Of a DNA stretch of 64,000 nt, positions 56,989 through 64,000 are shown in pieces. Under the pieces are notes generated by a model, which was not told the origin of the DNA, did no database searches, and saw only the letters and a program-made list of their open reading frames with translations. Within the stretch, counting starts at the first letter, position 1. Every line of letters begins with the position of its first letter. Position numbers and translations under genes: made by a program. Source of the stretch: Eukaryota sp. TZLM1-RC (lineage: Eukaryota > Protista > Metamonada: BaSk clade). The DNA is taken from the NCBI GenBank assembly GCA_040285825.1, contig JAUPSS010000002.1, positions 3,348,001 to 3,412,000 on the forward strand, written 5' to 3'.

Positions 56989-59970
56989 TTTATTAAAGAA
57001 AGAAATGTTCAATCACAATGAAGAAACTACAACTAAAGCGATCAATCATCACTGAGATCACAATTGGCAAGTCGGGCATACACTCTGCTCATTTTAAAGC
57101 ATGATCTTATAAATGACAGCGATATTTTTTTCCCATAAGAGCCTATCTCCTTTTTACGCAAAAAATTTACAAAACTTCGTTCGATGCCTCCAAAAGGAAA
57201 TGCGATTAGTGGAACCAAAGGAACATGGTGAGAATATTTACCAATTTTCGACATTCTACGGCGTTCAATCAGTGTATTAAGAGGGGTAGAATATCCACCG
57301 ACTAAAGTGAGGTCATAACACTCGCTGCCATCGGGACGAATAAGGTCAACTCTGCCGTTACCTACGTTCTGTTCTTTGAGTAAGCCTGTCAGTTGCGATA
57401 TCAATTCAACCACATCATCATGTCTTCTAATTCGCATAGATGATAGTTGTTCGCAATTGGCTGAATGATACTGAGAATTGGATTCATGGTTACAAAAGGG
57501 ACAGTGATGTACAAATTCAGAACAGAGGAGGCGGGTTCTTAAGAAATACTTGAGCAATGAATCGTCAACAAGTTCCTCAGATGGATTGATAATTAAAAGT
57601 GATTGAGACAGTGGTTTGCAATTGATAAGAACGTCGTTTTCATATTTGATTGGGATGGGTGCTATGGCTGGGTCAGTTACTGGCGACCTAAATGAAGCGA
57701 GTACAGCAGGCTTGGATCTAAAGTCCCTAGTCAAAGAATTCAGAGTCTCCAAAAAGTGGTTTTGAGTTAAGAGAGCTTGAAGTTTTGATAAGTTGGGGGA
57801 GTTGGTAGCTGTACCAAGTTCATGAACTAATGATTCAGCGCACATAAGATCTAAATCATCAAGTGGCAATAAAGAGTGGAAGAGGTTTAAAGTCCTATTG
57901 CTGGTGATGTAGGAGGCTGCGAAGCACAAATGAGCTATTTCCCCATAATTTGTGAGACCGAGTCCTCCAAATCTGGCTGACGGGAGAGAAATCAACTGAG
58001 GAAACATAGGAACAACCCCAAGTGCCGAAGAAACAAAAGAAACTATTTGATGAAAACAACTAATGAGAAAATTCTTGCTGACTGCTGGGCGATGAACACG
58101 TGCATGAAAGGACAGTTTGGTATTGATGCAGTGTCTCACAAGAAGCAATTGCTCTTGTACCGTCAGCGATTCGAGACATTTCAACAGAGAACTAGTTATT
58201 GGTGGGAGTGAGCTTGAAAGATCATCTTCAGCGTTTGGGCCAAAATGTGCACCAAGCACCTCGAAATTGTCATTGCTAGAGACAACAGCAGTTTTGTCAA
58301 GATTGACTTCAACACCAATGTCTTGGATAAAGCTTGAAACAGTCCCAACAATAGCATGAGTTTCATGGTCGTTGCAAAGAACAAAAAGGTCATCTAAATA
58401 CAAATAAAAATGACAGGATGGGTGCAGGGTACTGAGCTGTGTTGCAAACGGGACAAGGGCAGTTGAAAACAGCAAGGGACCGAGGGGATCGCCTTGTCGA
58501 ACACCACGTTCTGAGAAAATAACTGAGTTTCTAAAATGTAATGTGGAAGGGCTCAGATAGCTAGCTTTAAAGAATGGGAACAGCAAAGGACAATATTCAG
58601 CAACAGCTTGGGCAAGCTGACAACGGTCGACCTCATTGAATGCATTGCGCACATCAAACTTGATCAGTTTTTCGAAAGATAGGCCTAGATTACTACGAAT
58701 TGAATGGACAATAGCTTCACCACCACCAGGGACTTTCACGCCATATTGATTTGAATTGATCAAATAGTCAACATTTACTTTAGATAGCGCAAGGCCGGCA
58801 GCAATGCGGTAAAATAGTTCTCCAACTGCCAAAGGCCGCACTCCATTACTTTTCTTTGGGATGGCGAGCAATCTACTGGAAGTGAGAACACGTCTGAGGG
58901 GCTCACTTATTTTGCCACTGAGCAGGCCGTTTGCCATATACTGTACACATGACACCAAGTGGTCATCAATACACTGTTTCAAAAGTTTGGCATGCCAGTG
59001 GGAGGGGCCACCTTCCGTCATAGGGGAATTAAGGATTGCGTCAGCTACGGAAGAGGAGTCGTGGTAGGAGTAGTGTTCAGTTAGCATATTGTTATAGTGG
59101 CAAAAGTTTGGATCAGCTGGATGGAGGTGTTGCAATTGCTCTAGCATGGACTTATTAGTTATGTTTGCTGTTGGTGGTTCTCTTGATAGCAGATTCATAG
59201 CACGACTCAGTTCGTTGTCGTGAATAAGTTCTTTGACTCTCTTTATATTGACTCGATTGCTAAATGTATGTGGTCTGATGGGGGTTGTGTTACAAAAGAA
59301 GGAAGAAGTATCTTCACATTGACCAATATTAAATTTGTCAACCCTGTGTTGGAATCGGAAAAGTTTAAAAAGTGATGAGCCTTTGTCCAGCTTTAGGCAA
59401 ACTACCGGTAGCACTAAAAGATATCTACATTTTTGTTCCATTGGCAGGGAAGAATGGGTGACCAACTTGACTGCAGAGCGGAATGAGGAACGATCACTGA
59501 GCCGCTGGTAAGTGAAGCTTGCAATTTCATTGCTCAGTTGAATAAATAGAGAATCGGAAATACATGGCATATCCAGAGTCGGTGAATCATGACGTTTGAA
59601 ATGGTTGTCAAATCCAACCGATGAGAACACCTTCAGGCAAACGGGGCAGCGAACCAGATTATTAATGTGTAATGTGTCAGTGTCTATACAAGAGTGATGC
59701 GTATCAATATGGCAGCATAAGGTTCTTGCTTTGGAGAAGAAACTGGGACAGATAGGACAATTGTGTGATTTTTCTAAATTGAACGAGTCAAGGGGAGCAC
59801 TATCAGCGATGTGTTCAGAGTGGTCAGGTGGTAATGAACAAAGTGGTGTAGGGCCTTCAAGAACATGATAACGTGTTCTTAACTACTTCAGCAGTGAACA
59901 TTCAGAGCCATTAGCGCCACGTTTTGTTAAAACATCAGCAACATTATTATTAGTGTTGTCAGAATGTGCC
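56989..59970 (-). mobile_element. CRE-like RLE non-LTR family F, near-complete, 5'-truncated
   Basis: Single long frame with two C2H2 fingers, RT, CCHC and RLE; AATAAA at the 3' edge; flanked on both sides by family C sequence. Confidence 0.9.
57042..59882 (-). CDS. family F polyprotein (2x C2H2 - RT - CCHC - RLE); frame open from 59882
   Basis: CPICP..HIDTH, CPVCLK..HFKRH, RPLAVGE, FDVRNAFN, GVRQGDPLGPLLF, YLDD, GGLG, CPFC..H..C, RHDDVV, RVD..YD, KIGKY. Confidence 0.88.
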   Translation of the reverse strand, partial: LRTRYHVLEGPTPLCSLPPDHSEHIADSAPLDSFNLEKSHNCPICPSFFSKARTLCCHIDTHHSCIDTDTLHINNLVRCPVCLKVFSSVGFDNHFKRHDSPTLDMPCISDSLFIQLSNEIASFTYQRLSDRSSFRSAVKLVTHSSLPMEQKCRYLLVLPVVCLKLDKGSSLFKLFRFQHRVDKFNIGQCEDTSSFFCNTTPIRPHTFSNRVNIKRVKELIHDNELSRAMNLLSREPPTANITNKSMLEQLQHLHPADPNFCHYNNMLTEHYSYHDSSSVADAILNSPMTEGGPSHWHAKLLKQCIDDHLVSCVQYMANGLLSGKISEPLRRVLTSSRLLAIPKKSNGVRPLAVGELFYRIAAGLALSKVNVDYLINSNQYGVKVPGGGEAIVHSIRSNLGLSFEKLIKFDVRNAFNEVDRCQLAQAVAEYCPLLFPFFKASYLSPSTLHFRNSVIFSERGVRQGDPLGPLLFSTALVPFATQLSTLHPSCHFYLYLDDLFVLCNDHETHAIVGTVSSFIQDIGVEVNLDKTAVVSSNDNFEVLGAHFGPNAEDDLSSSLPPITSSLLKCLESLTVQEQLLLVRHCINTKLSFHARVHRPAVSKNFLISCFHQIVSFVSSALGVVPMFPQLISLPSARFGGLGLTNYGEIAHLCFAASYITSNRTLNLFHSLLPLDDLDLMCAESLVHELGTATNSPNLSKLQALLTQNHFLETLNSLTRDFRSKPAVLASFRSPVTDPAIAPIPIKYENDVLINCKPLSQSLLIINPSEELVDDSLLKYFLRTRLLCSEFVHHCPFCNHESNSQYHSANCEQLSSMRIRRHDDVVELISQLTGLLKEQNVGNGRVDLIRPDGSECYDLTLVGGYSTPLNTLIERRRMSKIGKYSHHVPLVPLIAFPFGGIERSFVNFLRKKEIGSYGKKISLSFIRSCFKMSRVYARLANCDLSDD

Positions 59971-60245
59971 AAAATGGTAGAAAAAACTCGATAGCTCAGG
60001 AAAATCAGATTTAATAACTTCAAAAATTGCTTCTCGCTTTACAGAATTAAAAGCATTTTTAAAGTCGAGATTTTTTTTTTAAAATTTAATTTTATTCTAA
60101 ACCTATAAATCAACATCTAAAAAATCCATCTCTCCCAAAACAAAAACACTAGATGCAACTCTCTCATAGTGAGATCCAAGAGAAAGCAAAGCATCAGAAA
60201 CCATCTTCAACATCCCCTTAAAAATAGAAAACACAATTCTATTTT
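59971..60245 (-). mobile_element. two family C fragments (RT piece 59971-60070; 3' end with poly(A) 60071-60245)
   Basis: Near-identical to 63002-63101 and 61170-61335. Confidence 0.85.
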
Positions 60246-60255
60246 TTTTCTCTAC

Positions 60256-61160
60256 TAATTTTTATTCAACAAACAAATATGCAATTCACAAAACTCCACA
60301 TCCTCGAAACCTGCCTCCCCTACATCAAAACAATTAATTGCTAAATATTCAGAAAATTTCCCAAAAGAAGATAGTGAATCAGAAATTAGTTTTACCATTC
60401 CCTTAAAAATAGAAAATACAATCCTGTTTTGCCAGTAAACACGATTGAAAATTCTTCCAGTTCTTTCCTTTACAACTACAACAAAATCCTCGAGGAAAGC
60501 CATAGCAGCCTTACCTAGAGATCCAAGCAAAGAAAAAACAAATGGACATAAATTATATTGGGCATGAGAATTTTCATTAACCGAGGAAATGGGTTTCGCA
60601 TATTTAGCAATTTTATATTTTTCGCCTGCAAGAAGAGGATTATTTACATCCGAGTTAATGAGATGTTCGTTAGAGGAATTACAAGGGTCAATAGACATGG
60701 CGTCTAAAAAAGTAAAACTACCATTTAAACCGGCAACAACTAGATCACCTCTAGTCAGACCCATATAAGCTCTGTTGTAACGCGTACTATCAATATTGGG
60801 GTCGTCAAAAATTAATTTTGATAACAGCGGTTCAAAAAAGGAATCTACTCGATGTGATTTACACATTACATAAATTTGGTCCCTGACGTTATTATGCACT
60901 TTGCTTCTAAACGTAATGAAATGTTTACAGTTCAAAAGATGAGTAAACAAAAGAGGTTTACCACATTTACAAGTTAAATGATTGGGCAAATTGTTTGGCC
61001 ACAGAAAACAACGAAAACGCATGTTTAGAAGCCATTCATTGTTTTTTAACAAAAGTCCATAAACAGAGGGAACTTGAGTTACTAAAGCAGCAGCAGAACT
61101 ATCACGAATATCCTTTAAAAAATTACCGAAAGCGGGATTTTTAGTTTTGGCCAAGCCAAA
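60256..61160 (-). mobile_element. family B monomer, 5'-truncated at the same base as the array units
   Basis: ORF 60255-61154 = one array unit plus natural C-terminus; starts TTGGCTTGGCC after a family C poly(A). Confidence 0.9.
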
Positions 61161-64000
61161 AAATTTTTTTTAAAATTTAATTTTATTCTAAACCTATAAA
61201 TCAACATCTAAAAAATCCATCTCTCCCAAAACAAAAACACTAGATGCAACTCTCTCATAGTGAGATCCAAGAGAAAGCAAAGCATCAGAAACCATCTTCA
61301 ACATCCCCTTAAAAATAGAAAATACAATTCTATTTTTGCCAAAACAATCTGTTGAAATTTCTGCCAGTTCTTCTCTTTACAATCATTTCAAAATCATCCA
61401 AAAAACGTAAAGCAGTTGGTGCAAGTGAACCAAAAAGGGAAAATACAAATGGATACAAATTGTATTTTGCATGCTGTAGACTGGCCAATTTGGACAAAGG
61501 TTCATTGTATTTTTTGAATTTAAAATTTTCAGCATTTGAAAGGGGATTATGAATTTCAGAATTAACAAGCCTTTCATTTGAGGCATTACAAGGATCAACA
61601 GACATTACATCCAATAAAATGAAGCTTCCATCTAATCCAGGTAATATGACATCACCTCTATTATTCTTATGAAAATCATTTTCAGCATCAAACAGATTTG
61701 ACAACAGAGGTTCCAAGAAGGATTCAATTCTATGAAATTTACACATACAATATAACTGGTCTCTTACAGCATCATGAACCTTGCTTCTAAAAGTAATAAA
61801 ATGTTTACAATTTAACAAATGAGTAGTTGTAATTTCTCGAGAACATTTACAAATTAAATTATGAGGTAAATTATCAGGCCAGATAAAGGAACGAAATCTC
61901 ATATTCAGAGTCCAAGCAGAATCGGATAAGAGAGTACCATAAACTTGTGGAATTGTTGTTACTAAGGCAGAAGAAGTACTGTCACATATATCTTGTAAAA
62001 GATTTGCAAAAGCGGGATTCTTTTTCTTGGCCAAGCCAAGTCTAACATCAAAATCCAAGCTTTCAAAAATCTTTGACAATTTTTGTTGAAGCTTTTTACA
62101 GCAAAACTGTAAATTAAATAGAGATCGGTTTGGAATTTCTTGAATTGATTGAGGAAAACATTTGGTCCAAATTTGTGGCGGTAATTTTTCAAGTTCACAA
62201 GCTAACTCATACAAATAGGGACTACAATTGGGGACTAACAGATAGAATCATCAGGAAATCTACGAGAAAATTCATAAATAAAATTTTGCCACCACCCAAG
62301 AATGCTGATTGACACAAAATTGAAGATTTAGTAAAACCAATACCACCCAAATTTGCTGAAGAAAATAAATGGCTTTTCAACATTCCTGGTTCTACATCCA
62401 ATAAATCAGCAAAAAATTCTGTTCTCAATGAATTAAAAGAACGACAAAAATCTAATGCTATGGAAGGAGCACAAGATCTCAAAATGTGGGTTATTCTCCC
62501 AGTGTAGCAAATTTTAAGCATGAAAAATTAAATATGCTTTTCTATATCTAAAGAAGAAATTGAATCAAGTTCAATTTTCATTTTTTCCATAATAACTTGC
62601 AATTCATTCTGAATTTGAGGCACATTTCCTAACCAACAACCAAGGAACTTAAAAGCATCACTACTATAATTAGTAAAAGGGACAATAGAATCGTTTATCA
62701 CGAGGTCTTGAGCAGAAGAGCCAATCAGAAGGCATTTGCTGGCATTAAGATGAAGCCCAATATTTTCATATGAATCGGCAATTTCTTGAGCAACCAATTC
62801 TAGTAAATCAAATGAACCAATCAAGGATATATCATCCATATAAGCAACTATTTTTATAGAAGGGTATTTTTGCTTAATGATATTTAAAGTTTTGTGAATA
62901 GCTAAACAAAACAATAATGGACCTAAAGGATCACCTTGCTTCACTCCAGAAGATGATTTAAGACCAAATGAATTAAAAATTAAATCTGATTCTTTCCCAT
63001 AAAAATGGTAGAAAAAACTCGATAGCTCAGGAAAATCAGATTTAATAACTTCAAAAATTGCATCTCGCTTTACAGAATTAAAAGCATTTTTAAAGTCGAG
63101 ATTAAAAATAAAATTATTTTCATCTGCATTAAAAAAGGTATCAGAGGCAATAGCAGCAACAGAAGCACCATCAATTGTTTTGATTCCAAATTGATGAGGA
63201 TTCAAAAATGTAGAAGCTTTGTCTTTGACACGATCGAAGACAATTGATGCTAGCAAACGAGAAAGAGATTCATCAACAGCAATTGGGCGTATTCCATCAG
63301 GTTTGATTCCGTTTCCAGGCTTTACTAAAGCAATCAGACGTGCTGCGAGTAATTCAAATGGAGGATTAATTTTCAAAACAATCAATTGTTGAAAATAGTG
63401 GGCTAGATCATCAGCAATTTCGGGAGCACTGGAACACGCTATTTTTAACAGATCAAAAGAAATTCCAGATGGGCCTGCTGCTTTCCCCTTTGGCAATTTT
63501 TGAATAGGTTTAAAAACTTCAATTGCAGTAATAGGATTTTCAATCCAAAAAGGACACACTTCAGGCTTGCTGCACTTGAAATTTTCTTGAGGATGCAACT
63601 TTTGAAGTTTTTCAAGGGTATCAGAGTTTGCATCAGCCAAAGAAGAGGAAAACAAAGACTGCTTTGCGGCACCATAACGACCACGTAAGCACAATTTACG
63701 GCAAATTTTTGATTTTACAATTTTTCTATTTCCAAATTTTTTCTTAAAACAATTTTTGTTTTTTCTAGCAAAATATTTCCAGAAGGATGAAATATTCCAC
63801 TTATTATTTTTCAATTCAGAAGTAAAATTTCTCATTTCCATTGAGAAGGGGATTGTGCTGGCGGGACTTATTTCTACTGGGATCCGGATCGGGGGTCTTA
63901 CGGTATCAACGGCTTTACAATTCGTACAAAACAGAAGTTTTCGACCATTTCTTGAATCTGCAACATCTTTTTTGCAAAATGGACAACAAAAATTACTGTT
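61161..64000 (-). mobile_element. RLE non-LTR family C, long copy (5' end beyond window)
   Basis: ORF pieces 62528-63841 (KAAGPSG, LDFKNAFN, GVKQGDPLG, YMDD), 62222-62521 and 61330-62214 (finger, RGD..LD, KFKKY); in-frame TAA at 62528-62530. Confidence 0.92.

Noticed and set aside
1-64000. tRNA, rRNA, spliced-leader or telomeric repeats as RLE targets
   Set aside because: None recognisable by eye; a covariance-model scan would be needed to exclude small RNAs.

Overview
Eukaryotic, AT-rich, transposon-saturated window from an intron-poor flagellated microbial eukaryote. IFT57 is present and host genes use the standard code, ending TGA/TAA/TAA/TAG. A metamonad-like protist is only a guess. There are four intronless host genes: condensin II subunit G2 (12735-16280), IFT57 (17183-18265), tubulin cofactor A (23057-23404) and a talin-head-like FERM protein (25946-27481). 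The rest is mobile DNA: (i) at least six families (my labels A-F) of CRE-like non-LTR retrotransposons (RT + CCHC + restriction-like endonuclease, RLE), nested in each other with 9-13 bp TSDs; (ii) a 17-unit, 746-bp tandem array made only of the zinc-finger+RLE module of family B (36693-56734); (iii) two divergent Ty3/gypsy elements and a fragment of a third, with very short LTRs (79 bp verified) and no canonical tRNA primer site, two of them sharing a palindromic motif at the PBS position; (iv) a Fanzor1-like (eukaryotic TnpB) pseudogene abutting IFT57; (v) a hAT remnant. Also visible: a clean reciprocal 4954-bp inversion carrying TBCA, a WTCTSNA motif at -10..-4 of all four host start codons, and an RNase H-like tail N-terminal to the RT of family F. 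All family assignments come from motif recognition, not database searches.
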